Assembly (NCBI GenBank): GCA_964016885.1
Contig: OZ024752.1
Location: 26,970,001-27,034,000 of the forward strand
Source of the DNA: Eledone cirrhosa
Lineage: Eukaryota
Direction of reading: 5' to 3'
Length of the DNA: 64,000 bases
The notes under the pieces were generated by a model. It was not told where the DNA came from and made no database searches. It saw only the letters and a program-made list of their open reading frames with translations. The translations under genes were made by a program, and so were the position numbers. The stretch's first letter is position 1. Every line of letters begins with the position of its first letter. Below, in pieces: positions 13,348-28,338 of the stretch.

Positions 13348-13877
13348 AAAGTTCTATTTAAAGTTGTTGGGATACAACAAGTAAATATTTTTATAACTGA
13401 TATAAAGCACTCGACAAGTTTTTGGAGTAGATATACGATATTAATAAATGGAAATTATATTTATAAAACCATATTTATTTCATTATACATATTTCAGGGA
13501 TACCACATTAAATTATGGTATGCCTTCATCCGACAAAATACAATATATGACAGTTTTACAAATAGCTTTGACGTACCCTTTTAAAATGCAACCATTACTT
13601 TTGGAGGCTGTCTGGATGATGATTTGTTTATATTATTTTAATAAGTCATAGTGTTAAGCACAATTAGAAAAAGACGGAGAGAAAGAAAGTAAAAGAAAAA
13701 AGACAGCCTCCAAAAGTAATGGCTGCATTTTAAAGGGGTACGTAAAAGCTATTTGTAAAACTGTTATATATTGTATTTTGTCTCATGAAGGCATACCATA
13801 ATTTAATGTGGTTTCCCTGAAATATGTATAATGAAATAAATATGGTTTTATAAATATAGTTTCCATTTATTAATATC

Positions 13878-13916
<39 letters not shown>

Positions 13917-14021
13917 AATAGAATGAAACGAAATTTCATTTCTCACTCTTAGTACGGCACTTACTTAAATGTAGGTATTATGTATACGTAAATACATATA
14001 TGTATACAGACGTACAGTAGC

Positions 14022-14095
<74 letters not shown>

Positions 14096-14488
14096 CATGC
14101 TACTGTACGTCTGTATACATATATGTATGTACGTATACATAATACTTACATATATATATATACATACAGGTACACATATATATATATGTACGTATCAGTT
14201 TAGCGAACGTTTATTATAACGCTCGATTTGTCCGTTTGTAAACAAACAGACAGCCTGATTTATGCCGTACGGTGTTAAGGCAACCACGTCACCTTTTTGT
14301 TCAACACTGACACAGGACAAAGCGAGCGTTATAATAAACGGTCGCTAAACTGATACGTACATATATATATATGTGTACCTGTATGTATATATATATATAT
14401 ATACACATGCTACTGTAGGTCTGTATACATATATGTATGTACGTATACATACATACTTACATATATATATATTGATATCGATATATTT

Positions 14489-14574
<86 letters not shown>

Positions 14575-14594
14575 TGATATCGATATATTTATAC

Positions 14595-14637
<43 letters not shown>

Positions 14638-14758
14638 TCAATTTATATATATATATCAATATATATATATATATCAATATATATATATATATCAATATAT
14701 ATATATATATATATCATGTATACGTACATACATATATGTATACAGACGTACAGTAGCA

Positions 14759-14832
<74 letters not shown>

Positions 14833-14991
14833 TATATGCATACAGGTACACATACATATATGCACGTATCAGTTTAGCGGACGCTTATTATAACGCCGCT
14901 TTGTTCGTTTGTAAACAAACTGAACAGCCTGAATTTATGCCATACGGTGTTAAGGCAACCACGTCACCTTTTTGTTCAACACTGACACAGG

Positions 14992-15036
14992 AACGATGTA
15001 CTAGTTTCAAGCTTGTTAGCTATCATCAGCACCGTT
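14992..15036 (-). ncRNA. Minimal type I hammerhead ribozyme (R2)
   Basis: AACGGTG-CTGATGA-TAGCT(AACA)AGCTT-GAAA-CTAG-TA-CATCGTT; 7-bp helix I, palindromic ACTAGT. Confidence 0.88.
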
Positions 15037-15450
15037 TACCCATCTGACAGATAGTTGAACGTTCGAAAGTATATACTTTCCTTATGAAAATTAACGGCTG
15101 AGCAGCCTAATTTGCATATTGAATGAGTTAAATCGGTCAGGCATACCGAAAACGATAAATTGAAATAAAATGAAAACGAAATTTCATTTCTCACTCTTAG
15201 TATGGCACTTACTTAAATGTAAGTATGCATGTATACGTACATACATATATGTATACAGACGTACAGTAGCATGCATATATATATATAATATATATATATA
15301 TATAATTTCGTTTTCATTTTATTTCAATTTATCGTATTCGGTATGCCAGACCGATTTAACTCACTCAAGATGCAAATTAGGCTGCTCAGCCGTTAATTTT
15401 TATAAGAAAAGTATATACTTTCGAACGTTCAACTATCTGGCAGATGGGTA

Positions 15451-15495
15451 AACGGTGCTGATGATAGATAACAAGCTTGAAACTAGTACATCGTT
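15451..15495 (+). ncRNA. Minimal type I hammerhead ribozyme (R2)
   Basis: AACGGTG-CTGATGA-..-GAAA-CTAG-TA-CATCGTT. Confidence 0.83.
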
Positions 15496-15654
15496 CCTGT
15501 GTCAGTGTTGAACAAAAAGGTGACGTGGTTGCCTTAACACCGTATGGCATAAATTCAGGCTGTTCAGTTTGTTTACAAACGAACAAGGCGGCGTCATAAT
15601 AAGCGTCCGCTAATCTGATACGTGCATATATGAATGTGTACCTGTATGCATATA

Positions 15655-15693
<39 letters not shown>

Positions 15694-16137
15694 GTATGTA
15701 CGTATACATGCATACTTACAATTAAGTAAGTGCCATACTAAGAGTGAGAAATGAAAATTCGTTTTCATTTTATTTAAATTTATATATATATCAATATATA
15801 TATAATAAATATCAATATATATATATCAATATATATTTATATATTTATATATATATATCAATATACGATATTAAAAAAATGGAAACTATATTTATAAAAC
15901 CATATTTATTTTATTATACATATTTCAGGGATACCATATTAAAAATATGGGATGCCTTCGTCAGACAAAATACAATATATAAACAGTTTTATAAATAATT
16001 TTGACGTACCATAAATATAAGCGACCATTAAGATAGGAAGCTGGCTTGGTAGTGACTACCAAGCCAGCTTCCTATCTTAATGGTCGCTTATATTTATGGT
16101 ACGTCAAAATTATTTATAAAACTGTTTATATATTGTA

Positions 16138-16199
16138 TTTTATCTGACGAAGGCATGCCATATTTTTAATATGGTATCCCTGAAAGATGTATAATGAAA
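16138..16199 (+). ncRNA. Hammerhead ribozyme (F1), with opposed copy near 15908-15970 in a palindrome centred near 16054
   Basis: TTTTAT-CTGACGA-AGGCATGCCATAT..ATATGGTATCCCT-GAAA-GATGTA-TA-ATGAAA. Confidence 0.72.
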
Positions 16200-16407
16200 T
16201 AAATATGGTTTTATAAATATAGTTTCCATTTGTTTAATATCGTATATCTACTCCAAAAACTTGTCGAGTGCTTTATATCGGTTATAAAATATTTACTTGT
16301 TGTAACCCAACAATTTTAAATAAAACTTTTGCATATATATATCAATATATATATATAAATATCAATATATATATATATATATATACATATATATATTGAT
16401 ATATATT

Positions 16408-16452
<45 letters not shown>

Positions 16453-16487
16453 ATATTTATATATATATATATATTGATATATATATG

Positions 16488-16521
<34 letters not shown>

Positions 16522-16585
16522 CAATATATATATATATATAAATATCAATATATATATATAAATATCAATATATATATATAAATAT

Positions 16586-16628
<43 letters not shown>

Positions 16629-16637
16629 AATATATAT

Positions 16638-16683
<46 letters not shown>

Positions 16684-16897
16684 CAATATATATATATATA
16701 TATCAATATTTAATACAATAACAGAGATAGTTTAAAGCTAAATTCTGACTGGTAACCATCTCCCTCAACAAACATTAAGTTATATTAAAATATAAACCCA
16801 ATATAAGTGTTTGGGGTGCTAACAATATGTATAATGTTGAAAAACCAGTTGTATTATTTTATGAGATATAATTAAAGTTAAAGGATATCTCTCATAT

Positions 16898-16935
<38 letters not shown>

Positions 16936-17056
16936 ATATCAATATATATATATATATATATATATATATCAATATCAATATATATCTATATCTATATATA
17001 TATATATATATATATATTGATATTAGATATATATATATATATATATATTGATATTG

Positions 17057-17112
<56 letters not shown>

Positions 17113-17369
17113 ATTGATATTGATATATATATATATATATATATATATATTGATATATATATTTATATATATATATATATATATATTGATATATATATTT
17201 ATATATATATATATATATATATATTGATATTTATATATATATATATATATATATATTGATATTTATATATATATATATATATATATATTGATATTTATAT
17301 ATATATATATATATATATTTATATTGATATTGTTATTTATACATATATATTTATATATATATTTATATA

Positions 17370-17432
<63 letters not shown>

Positions 17433-17513
17433 ATATTGATATTTATATATATATATTGATATTGATATTTATATATATATATATATATATATATGTATTG
17501 ATATTTATATATT

Positions 17514-18125
17514 TCGTTTCTGAATTTGTTTAGCAAGATTCTTTATCTGAAAACCTGTGTTGAAACCGATATTGTGATACTTTGGGAGGGTCATGTTGCC
17601 AATAATAAACACACGCACCAGTGTTTTCACTTCAATTTATTATAATAAAGTTATAAATTTAGGAATTTATAAATTTCCGGTTGGTTGGTTAGTTCCACAA
17701 CCAGATGGTTGTTTATATATTGTCAAAGTTCTTTCGTCACACATTATGTGACCTCTTCAGTGACTGGGATTCTTTTCTTTGTTTTTGTGCCTCTCCTTTG
17801 TTCTGTCCTACGCCATTTTGTTTCTGTGTGTGTGTTGTGTGCTCAGTCTGCGCATGCGTCACATCCGGGTTTCTGTGTATGTTTATGTTCGTTTATTTAT
17901 TTGTTTATTTACATGTTACAGGTTGGTTGTTTGTTCTATGTGCGTGTGTGTTTTCATTTTGTCCTTAATTGTAACTTGTGATGTTGCTGTTCCACTCATG
18001 TTTTCTACTTAATTTTGGAAAGAACTAGGAATAAGGCTAATAGAGTAAACTCATGGTATGATAGCAATAAATACCAGAGTGTAATGTTCATCGATACAAC
18101 ACCTAGAGTGAATTAGCTTACAAAT
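17514..18125 (-). mobile_element. PLE family A: inverted 3' end (17514-18012, hammerhead near 17720-17765) fused to a short sense coding fragment (18013-18125)
   Basis: Minus strand ends ..KVEKHEWNSNITSYN*-UTR; plus piece reads NSWYDSNKYQSVMFIDTTP, as in 27057-27343. Confidence 0.8.
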
Positions 18126-18597
18126 TAGCTTTTTTAGAGTTGGGTTCAAAGTGATGTTAAGATCTAATTTATTAAAGAATTTTCTAATCCTTTTCCTTAA
18201 TCTTTCTAAGTTTTGATTATTATAGACTCGTTAATGACTATTCTGCTAAAAAGAAAATAGCAGTAAGCAGCAACGTATTTTTTTCTCTACATAGATAGGA
18301 GAATTCATACAATGAGGTAAATATCACTCTGAGTACTAAGTACCCATAAATATATATAGTGTGTCTATGATACCAGAACTATACAAATTAAGAAAAGCAG
18401 AACAAACAAAGATTAAACAATTCTTTGAAAATAATTTAAAATATGATTTAAATATTTACCCGTCCATAATTCTATTACCGGCGGTTTTGCTTTACAAAGG
18501 TTAGAGATTCAGAGAATTTCTAACGAAAAAGTAAAGTTCATCAGATAGCTATTTCCATACAGTAGGAATTAATCCCACCGTCTGCAAATAATTTGGC

Positions 18598-18662
<65 letters not shown>

Positions 18663-19852
18663 AGGGAGAGGGAAATGCATAAAAGATGTCTATAAAAGGG
18701 AGAAAAAAATGAGAAAGAGCGAGAGAAAAGAAATGAAAAAGAAAGAGTGTGTAAAATGTTGAAATAGTGATGGAATGACTATAACTTTAAATGGCTAAAC
18801 ATGTCACCAGGCGACGATTAAGCGATCACGTGACACTAATAAAACTAATAGTGACATTTATCGTCTGAATAAGCTCTTAACATTGTAAGCTATAGAATTA
18901 AATTCTTTTTATCCAGTCCGTAATTCCGATCTAAGCGATTAATGAGCACGAAATTATATTATTAAACGGACTATTAAGTTTATGTTGCAGCTGCTTAATT
19001 TTGTATTTTGTTATTTCTAAAATACAGTTTATATATTTCCATCAGTAATATGTCCCATTGTCATCAGGTGACATTAGGGCTGTGACGTTCCAGTCATGAC
19101 AGTCAAGCATTAATTTAGACATTATATATATATATATATATATATATACGATATTAACAAATGGAAACTATATTTATAAAACCATATTTATTTTATTATA
19201 CATATTTCAAGGACACCACGTTAAAGTATGAGGTGCTTTCATCACACAAAATACAATATAAATCAGTTTTATAAATAAATATTGACATACCCTTAAAAAA
19301 TACAACCATTACTGTTGGAAGCTCCCGGATAGTATATAATAAAATAAATATGGTTTTATAAATATAGTTTCCATTTGTTAATATCGTATGTTTACTCCAA
19401 CTACTTGTTGAGTGCTTTAAATCAGTTATAAAAATATTTGCTTGTTGATCCCAACAATTTAAATAGAACTTTTGCATATATATATATATATATAGGATCG
19501 CATTCGCCAAACTGTATCGCACACCTCCTCCTTCTTCTTCTTCTTCTTCTTCTTCTTCTTCTTCTTCTTGTGGTCGCCCTCTAGTCCTCCCCTCGTTCTT
19601 CGCTATATTCCTCACCTTTTCTCCCTCAATTCCCCTCTTTCTGTCTTTCATTCTCCACCCCCTCCCTCTCTATCCATCTCTATTTATATCTCTCTCATCA
19701 AATTTAACATTTCTGGAAGATTCGGTACTAAGATATTCTGTCGAAACATTTGACTCTTCTTATTAAGTAAGTTTTCATATTTCAGCAATTATTGAGCGAA
19801 AATAATCCTAACTGCAGTTGAAGCGAATGCCGAACCAGTAATATATATATAT

Positions 19853-20096
19853 AGTGGTAGAACATTGGAAGGTAATATCCGTAGTGGTAGAGCACTCAGT
19901 CCATGGGACGAGTTAGGTAGAAGTGATTACACAACAGTTAGATCACCATACCGAGAAAAATTGTTTCACCTTAGCGGATCCTCAGCTCGTAATGGGCATT
20001 GTTATACGGACCGTATAACCATGCCCATTACGAGCTGAGGATCCGCTAAGGTGAAACAATTGTTCTCGGTATGGTGATCTAACTGTTGTGTAATCA

Positions 20097-20099
<3 letters not shown>
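19853..20099. mobile_element. Fold-back insertion family F4 with two hammerheads (19952-19989 minus, 20031-20068 plus)
   Basis: CGAG-CTGAGGA-TCC(GCTAA)GGT-GAAA-CAATTG-TT-CTCG; same sequence as the 3' UTR at 32300-32470. Confidence 0.82.
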
Positions 20100-20151
<52 letters not shown>

Positions 20152-20364
20152 ATATATGTATGTATTTTTTCTCGCGAGTCAGTTCTTTCGTGGCTACGGA
20201 CCCCGCGGCTCAATTACCGGTCGCTATCTTCAATTTGCAAAGCCCTTTAAACTGTATGTTTTTACTCTGAGGTTTTATACCTTATCGAGTGCTTGGCTGC
20301 ACTTCTGAATGCCTTCGTCGGCTTAGCTGCGGGTCGAGCTTCGAAAATGCTGTACTTCTATTTG

Positions 20365-20425
<61 letters not shown>

Positions 20426-21554
20426 GTGTGTGTGAGTCTCTGTGTGCGTGTCTCCCTGTGTGCGTATGTGTTGTGAGTATGTGTGTCTGTGTGTTTGTAT
20501 GTGCATATGAATGTGTGACTATACTTACGTTTGTATCAGTGTTTGTGTTTATGTCCAGTAACTTAACATTTAAAGAAACAGGATCGATAAAATAAGTAAA
20601 AGAGTAACAAAAAATAAAATTTAGCTCTTCCATTTAGTAAAAATATACATCTGATTATTATCCAATATTTCCCTATCTCTCGATACGTTGTTTAAAAGAA
20701 AACAGTCCTTAAATACTATATATCCTTTGTATGTAGCGATTGTGTGTCCCAAACCTACATTCAAGGAAGGTAGCTTTTTCATTATCTTTAGTATTTAATC
20801 TATTATGGCCGAGTTTACACTCGCAAATAAGAAGAACCAGGGCCGTCCCTAGGAACATTGCATTTGGTGTACTACCTATTTGTTTCGGCTGCTTCTCCTG
20901 GAGGTCAATAGTTCTCTTCTAACTCTAGCGGGAGCGCCTTTCCATTGTTAATTTACATTGATCATCTGCAAAGCCGCTTTGTTCTCAGAACCACTATCTT
21001 TCTGGAATTACTGCCACCCATTGATTTGGCAGGATTTTCTTCTTCTTTTTTTAGATGGCCCTTGACTCTTACGAGTTCTTCCACCCTTTGTCAGGTTTTG
21101 TTTTTTGTCCTGCAGGGTGTCCAAAATCATCATCCTCACCAAGTAAACTTGGTGGGGTTGCCGGTTTAGTTGCCGACGACCCGACCATGCGACAGGTTGC
21201 ACTGGGTTACATACTGCCAGTAGCACTTATCTTTAGAGAGTGGGACAAATCTTTTGTTGTTTTGCAGCATTTGTTCTGACCCTTTATGTTCGAGTTCCGC
21301 CAACCAAATACTGGAACTGTTCGTTCAAATATCTCCATCTAAATACTGGAGTTTGTTTAATAGACCTCCACATTCAACAAAGAATGCTACATTGGGCATG
21401 AATTAGAAACCATTCAAACAAACACCCCACACACTCACCCACACACACATGCACACACACGCACACACATGCACACACTCACACTCACACATGCACAGAA
21501 GCGCATACGCACACGTACAGTTGGCTAGAAACAAGACCAGTCTAAATAATGGAT

Positions 21555-21680
21555 GAAGCCAATATATGGAAAACGTTTATCAATGTGTATGGTGATAAAG
21601 CAATTGTGAAAGAGCGCAATGTAAAATCAGTTTGGAAAAAATGGGACCGTACTTCTATTTAGAACATCTGTCTAGGAGTG
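21555..21680 (+). pseudogene. Possible decayed mariner transposase HTH fragment
   Basis: Pieces NVYGDKAI..AQCKNQFGK..LEHLSRSG resemble the mariner VYG..W F..F..L.D..RSGRP pattern. Confidence 0.35.
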
Positions 21681-22000
21681 GTGTGTATGCTTCATGGTGG
21701 AATTGGTTTCGCAATCATTTGATCCCGGGATAGAACTCTACTGTCATTTACCAAACTAGGACGACCCATGCCTTGTCAGTGAAATCGGGTACATGGAAAC
21801 TGTTTGGAATGCTAAGCCAATTATCAGTTAATTTAACTTATCGAACAACTGGAACACCGCTTGTTGCAGCCGATAGAAGCCAATTCTTAGGAAAGGGTGT
21901 TAGATATATTTCCAAAACCATGGTGGGATAAACTTTACACTGACCTGTTGTCTTTTGATAAATCCAAGACGACGAAGGATAGACGAATATACACGAATTG

Positions 22001-22478
22001 AATTACAGAGGCAATAAACATAAAAGAATTACAACCAAAATTAATTAGAAAATATGAGTGGAACAGCAACATCACAACTTACAATTAAGGACAAAATGAA
22101 AACACACACACACATAGAACAAACAACCAACCAGTAACATGTAAATAAACAAATAAATAAATGAACATAAACACACACAGACACCCGGATGTGGCGCATG
22201 CGCAGACTGAGCACCCAACACACACACAGAAACAAAATGGCGTAGGACAGAACAAAGGAGAGGCACAGAAACAAAGAAAGGAATCCCCAGTCACTGAAGA
22301 GGTCACAGAGTGTGTGACGAAAGAACTATGACTATATATAAACAACTATCTGGTTGTGGAACCAACCAACCAACCAGAAATTTATAAATTTATAAATTTA
22401 TAAATATATAATAAATTGAAGTGAAAGCAACTGGTGCGTGTGTTTCTTATTGGCAACATGACCCTCCCAAAGTATAAA
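22001..22478 (+). mobile_element. PLE family A 3' fragment
   Basis: ITEAINIKELQPKLIRKYEWNSNITTYN* plus UTR, ending in (TA)n. Confidence 0.85.
22289..22333 (+). ncRNA. Minimal hammerhead ribozyme in PLE-A 3' UTR
   Basis: AGTCA-CTGAAGA-G-GTCACA(GAGTG)TGTGAC-GAAA-GAAC-TA-TGACT. Confidence 0.85.
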
Positions 22479-22953
22479 TATATATATATATATATATACT
22501 GATCAAATAAATAAATATTCAAAGAGAATAACTGTAACAGTAAAACAATAACGTTTGATGTATTACGAATGCAGCAGAAGATATAGTCGGCCATATTGAA
22601 AGCTTTAAGTTTTATCCAAATGCGTACAGCTTCAAATGTTTTGTTATAACGTAAGAGCCGCCTGTAGACATATCAACGAAGCATATCTTATGATTTGAAG
22701 CTCCCTTTATTAAAGGCACCCTGAAATAGAATATGTGTATATCCTGCCATGTACATATATATTATACTGTATACACAACGTAGGGCGTACTTCACTACAT
22801 GCACGTGAGTATGCGTTTGTGAATTTGTTTCTATCTCAAAATATACACGCGCACAACACAGATTTATGTGTCCATGTTTAGTGGAGGAAAGTTTGCATAA
22901 ATATTCAGACATTTAAATACATAAACACACAACTATACATATGTGCGTGTATG

Positions 22954-23001
<48 letters not shown>

Positions 23002-23165
23002 CTGTGTGTGTGTGTGTGCGTGTGTGTATATATGTATTATGTTTATATATGTATGCATATATATATGTAAATATATAATATATATGTATATATATATATG
23101 TAAATATATAATATATATGTATGCATGTGTACATATATATATATCTGTATGTATGTATGTGTATA

Positions 23166-23212
<47 letters not shown>

Positions 23213-23231
23213 ATATATCTGTGTATATATA

Positions 23232-23306
<75 letters not shown>

Positions 23307-23989
23307 GCACGCAGATTTACACGCACATTCATACACATTCTATATCAAAATACATATGAATGATACATACCAGTGGAGGCAAAGGTTGGCGGCGGTGGTG
23401 GTGAGGGCGGAGGTATCTATATTTATTACTCACATTTTCTGTCTCTAGCATAAACGTTACGCTCTGTCTTATATTGATTTTATCGATTGTGTTGATTTTC
23501 TTAATAATTTTTCTAAAAATGTAAACTTATATTGATTTATCTACTTACTAGTGGATACTTCCCAGTCTAAGTGATGATGACGATATAGAAAATAAGATGT
23601 TTAAGGTTGGGAAGAAAATCAATGAAACAAACTTTTTAAATCTATTTAACAGATATGAATCAAAAGATACCATTATTGAGATAATATATGCTACTAAACA
23701 CTCAGTAATTTATTGAAAGTTTTAAAAGTAATTATGATCGCCAGCAAATGTTAATGAAGTCGACTGACATTTGAAATATCATTAGCTGGTAGGCTTAACG
23801 ACAGCCCGGTTTGCCCCTCCCAACTGCTTATAGCCGATCACTGTTTATAAGACCTGTGTGTTCCTTCCTATTGGTGTTGTTGCTATTATTTTGCTCTAAA
23901 TTATCGCTTTTGTAACAAACCTGTCATCAAAGATATTTATCCCGAACTACATTATTCAATGTCCTCCTTCTTTAAAACTGTACGTATGA

Positions 23990-24301
23990 TCCCGTAACTT
24001 CTGAGGGCCCCCGTATTGATAATGTTTCTATGGCATATTTTAAACCTCGTAGAGTCCCTCTCCTCTCCAGATCTCAATAGAATAGCTTTCTTCCAGAGAA
24101 GGATAGTAAGAATGAGGGAATGGCAGTAAAAAAGAGATATAGTGGAAAAATCGACACCAGTACTGAACTCGTACTTTTACCTCGGTAGGATGAAAGGCAA
24201 AGTTGACCGCAGTGGGATTTGAACTCAGAGTTCAGAGTGTCGGAACGAATACTGCAAAGCATTCTATCCAACGTTCTAACCACTCTGCTAATTCGCCGCC
24301 T
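23990..24301 (-). mobile_element. SINE subfamily B
   Basis: Reverse-complement head (..CTGCTAATTCGCCGCC), core and subfamily-B tail. Confidence 0.65.
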
Positions 24302-24517
24302 TTTTAAAGACTGTACGATGTGGTTAAAATAAATTTAGATGTTATATCTAACGATATTACAGCCAAACTCCTTCATTGGGTGTTGAAAACCAAGCATTAA
24401 AACTGAGTGTAAGCAATATAAATTTAACCTAACGGATGCCATTTACCATTTCCCTCCTCCCATAATTAAACATGGAAAAAAATCACAAATTAAGAATCAC
24501 TTAAATGTTTCCAGTGT

Positions 24518-24680
24518 GTCAGACACCATACTTTGCTGCATAGAGTTACGCCCTTTACGATCTGAGTTCAAATCCCGCTGAGGTTAAATTTGCCTTTCAT
24601 CCGTACGGGGTCGATAAAATAAAATGCCAGTAATGCACTGGGATAATTGCTGGCCTTGTGCCAAAAGTAGATACAATTAT
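24518..24680 (+). mobile_element. SINE family A, 5'-truncated
   Basis: Matches consensus. Confidence 0.78.
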
Positions 24681-25339
24681 TTATTCAATAGTAAAGAAAA
24701 TTAATATTTTAAATTAAAATCATACATATTACATATACGGGACTGTTTCTACATTGAGGTGGTGGTATAAGACCCGTTTACAGCTAGTTGGGCCGCTTCA
24801 ACAGCTATTGAGACTACTTTTCTTGGAAGCTGATAGGATCAGAAGCATCAATGTTTTGGGCCGGCCATGTATAAAACATTTTTAATATTTAACAAACAGC
24901 TAATTAATTGATTAATCAATGGTTAATTAATTAATGTAAATTATCCATATTGTGTTAAATAGTCTGGTTTGATAAATATTCGTCAGAAAATCGTTCTGAA
25001 CAATAATTTTCCAAAATTATTAAATTATTGCTGCCAAATGCAGACTTAAGATTCTCCTGCCCCAGATATGGACTCCAGCAATTTAGCTTCCGTAGAAGAT
25101 CAATAATATAACGTATACGATTTAATAATGATTATTATGAGGAAATCGGTTTGGGTGATTACAAATTACGGTGCTGAATCATATAATTCTATATCAATAA
25201 TGGGTTCAGATCGAGGCACAAGGCCAGCAATATTGGGGGCGGGAAAAGTCGAATAAAAGCAAAATTGGATGAAAAGCAAAGTTAATCTTGTGATTTGAAC
25301 TCAAAACGTAAAAGGCGATATTGTCTCTGTTAATATATA

Positions 25340-25373
<34 letters not shown>

Positions 25374-25440
25374 GATATAGATATATATTTATACATACAT
25401 ATGTATATGTATATTCATACATACATATCTATATATATAT

Positions 25441-25947
25441 AAATGTAAGTATGTATGTATACGTACATACATATATGTGTACAGACGTACAGTAGTATGT
25501 ATATATACACATACATGCACACATATATGCACCTATCGGTTTACCGAACATTTCTTATAATGCTCGGTTTGTTTGTAAACAAACAAACAGCCTGAATTAC
25601 GCCGTACAGTGTTTAGGCAACCAGGTCACCTTTTTGTTCAACACTGACACAGGAACGATGTACTAGTTTCAAGCTTATTAGCTATCGTCAGCATTGTATA
25701 CCTTCCTGCCAGATGGTTGAACGTCTGAAAGTATATACTTTCCTTATGCATATTAACGGCTGAGCAGCCTAATTTACATATCGAGTGAGTTTAGTCGGCC
25801 GGGCGCACCGAAAACGATAAATGGAATAGAATGAAACGAAATTTCATTTCTCACTCTTAGTACGGCAGTTACTTAAATGTAAGTATGTATACATACATAC
25901 ATATATGTATACAGACGTACAGTAGTATGTATATATATACATACATG

Positions 25948-26020
<73 letters not shown>

Positions 26021-26260
26021 GCACGTATCGGTTTACCGAACATTTATTATAATGCTCAGTTTGTTTACAAACAAACCGAGCATTATAATAAATGTTCGGT
26101 AAACCGATACGTGCATATATATATGTATATGTGTGCATGTATGCATATATATACATACTACTGTACGTCTGTATACATATATGTATGTACGTATACATAC
26201 TTACATTTAAGTAACTGCCGTTCTAAGAGTGAGAAATGAAATTTCGTTTCATTCTATTCC
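25441..26260. mobile_element. Retrozyme-like R2: ~1.4 tandem units (minus) plus inverted arm; hammerhead at 25654-25697 (minus)
   Basis: AAATGTAAGTATG at 25441 and 25875 (period 434); strand switch near 26065. Confidence 0.75.
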
Positions 26261-26304
26261 AACTATATACATATATATATATATAGATATATATTTATAC
26301 ATAC

Positions 26305-26363
<59 letters not shown>

Positions 26364-26369
26364 CATACG

Positions 26370-26419
<50 letters not shown>

Positions 26420-26424
26420 CATAC

Positions 26425-26543
<119 letters not shown>

Positions 26544-26553
26544 CATACATATG

Positions 26554-26587
<34 letters not shown>

Positions 26588-26588
26588 T

Positions 26589-26639
<51 letters not shown>

Positions 26640-26767
26640 CATACATATGTATATATATATATATGTATATATAGATATATATTTTTACATACATATGTAT
26701 ATATATATATATGTGTATATATAGATATATATTTATACATACATAGGTATATATATATATATATATA

Positions 26768-28338
26768 GTTTTGCGAGGTTTTTTTTATATGAAATCGTGT
26801 GTCGAAACAAATATTGTTATACTTGGGGAGGGTCATATTTGTGTAATATTGCCAGAATTAATAACAGAACACACTCACTGTTTGGTTGGTTTTCGCTTTT
26901 CGCTTCTGTGTCCTTTATATCGGTAATCTAATTTATTCGGTCCTCAATGTTGCCATTGACTGACCGACGGTCAAAAATAATACAGATACAATATAGACAC
27001 AAACACATATATATAGTTTATCAAAGTTCTTTCGTTGCACATTTGCAACATCGTCAACCGCATGCAGTTCTCTGGCTACAACCAAAGAGACAGAGTCAGA
27101 GTATACGAAGGAGCCATGGAGAAGTATAAGACCCTCATAGAACTGGACATGAAAGGAATTTGCCCATTATACAGGAGCAAATCATGGAATAGCTTAGATA
27201 GGGCTAGACATAAGATAGGGAAAGCCACCTCATGGTACGACAACCAGAGATACCAGAGTGTCATGTTTGTGGACGCTACCCCCGGAGGGAAATTAGCTAA
27301 CCAGTGTAGAAAGGCCCTGAGAAAGACCCACTTAAAGATTTAGGTGGTAGAAAAGCCAGGAACCACCATAAAATCCCTGATCAGCAAAACCTACCCTTTT
27401 AAGAAAACCACTGTACTAATAGGAAATGTATCATATGTAAGGTAAACCCCCGGATAAATTGTAAAACTAGAAACGTAGTCTATAGCATAAGATGTACAGA
27501 GGCTACTTGCAGAAACATGACAACAACATACATAGGCGAGACAGTCCGTAGCATAGATGAAAGGATAGACCAACACCGGGGGGAACTAAAAGGACGAAAA
27601 AACGGATCAGTACTATACGAACATGCCAGACAACAACACGACGGTAACATAGACAACATAGAAATTAGAATAATATCTAAACATAGAAATGACCCAGCAG
27701 ATAGGCAAATCAGAGAGGCCAGTGAAATAGAACTTAGAAGGCCAAGACTAAACAGAAAGAATGAATGGAATAACAAAAACACCTAAACAAACAACACTGA
27801 CCTAAGAGAAGTATAAATAAATAAATAAATAAATAGATAAATAAATAAATAAATACATACACAAGCACAATAACAACAAACACATATAAACACACACTAG
27901 TAAAGATAGAATACATTAACCGATACACAGTCACCCAATCACGAACACAGATCAAACAAAACACTATACACACACGCAAACGCATGAGCAAAGAAGACAA
28001 AATAAAATAAACAAACAAATAAATAAATATATAGACAGACTAATTAAAAATGGCGTAGACATACAATGTAACGGGAGGAAACAATAGCACCACTGACGAT
28101 GTTGCAGATGTGCAACGAAAGAACTTTGATAAACTATATATATGTGTTTGTGTCTATATTGTATCTGTATTATTTTTGACCGTTGGTCAGTCAATGGCAA
28201 CATTGAGGACCGAGTATATTAGATTACCGATATAAAAGACACAGAAGCGAAAATCGAAAACCAACCAAACAGTGAGTGTGTTCTGTTATTAATTCTGGCA
28301 ATATTACACAAATATGACCCTCCCCAAGTATAACAATA
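26768..28338 (+). mobile_element. PLE family A relative: inverted 3' end (26768-27056) plus 5'-truncated sense copy, in (TA)n
   Basis: 26810-27056 is the reverse complement of 28094-28338; hammerhead CTGACGA-T-GTTGCA(GATG)TGCAAC-GAAA-GAACTT at 28089-28130. Confidence 0.88.
27057..27786 (+). pseudogene. PLE thumb/linker plus GIY-YIG endonuclease, disrupted
   Basis: PLYRSKSW..SVMFVDATPGGKL..*VVEKPG, Cys-rich linker, NVVYSIRCTEATC..YIGETVRSIDERIDQH..RQIREA..LNRKNEW; stop at 27341-27343 and a frameshift near 27410. Confidence 0.85.

Larger units (their letters stand above)
13915..15780. mobile_element. Cluster of retrozyme-like R2 copies in both orientations
   Basis: Same unit as 25441-26260 and 37596-38522; tandem junctions visible (14721 vs 15234; 15305 vs 15756). 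Confidence 0.72.

Noticed and set aside
18790-19110. Possible cis-regulatory element (CACGTG, several TAAT/ATTA sites)
   Set aside because: Short motifs are expected by chance in AT-rich DNA; needs conservation data
20660-21400. Possible host exon or LINE fragment
   Set aside because: No recognisable motif or consistent reading frame on either strand
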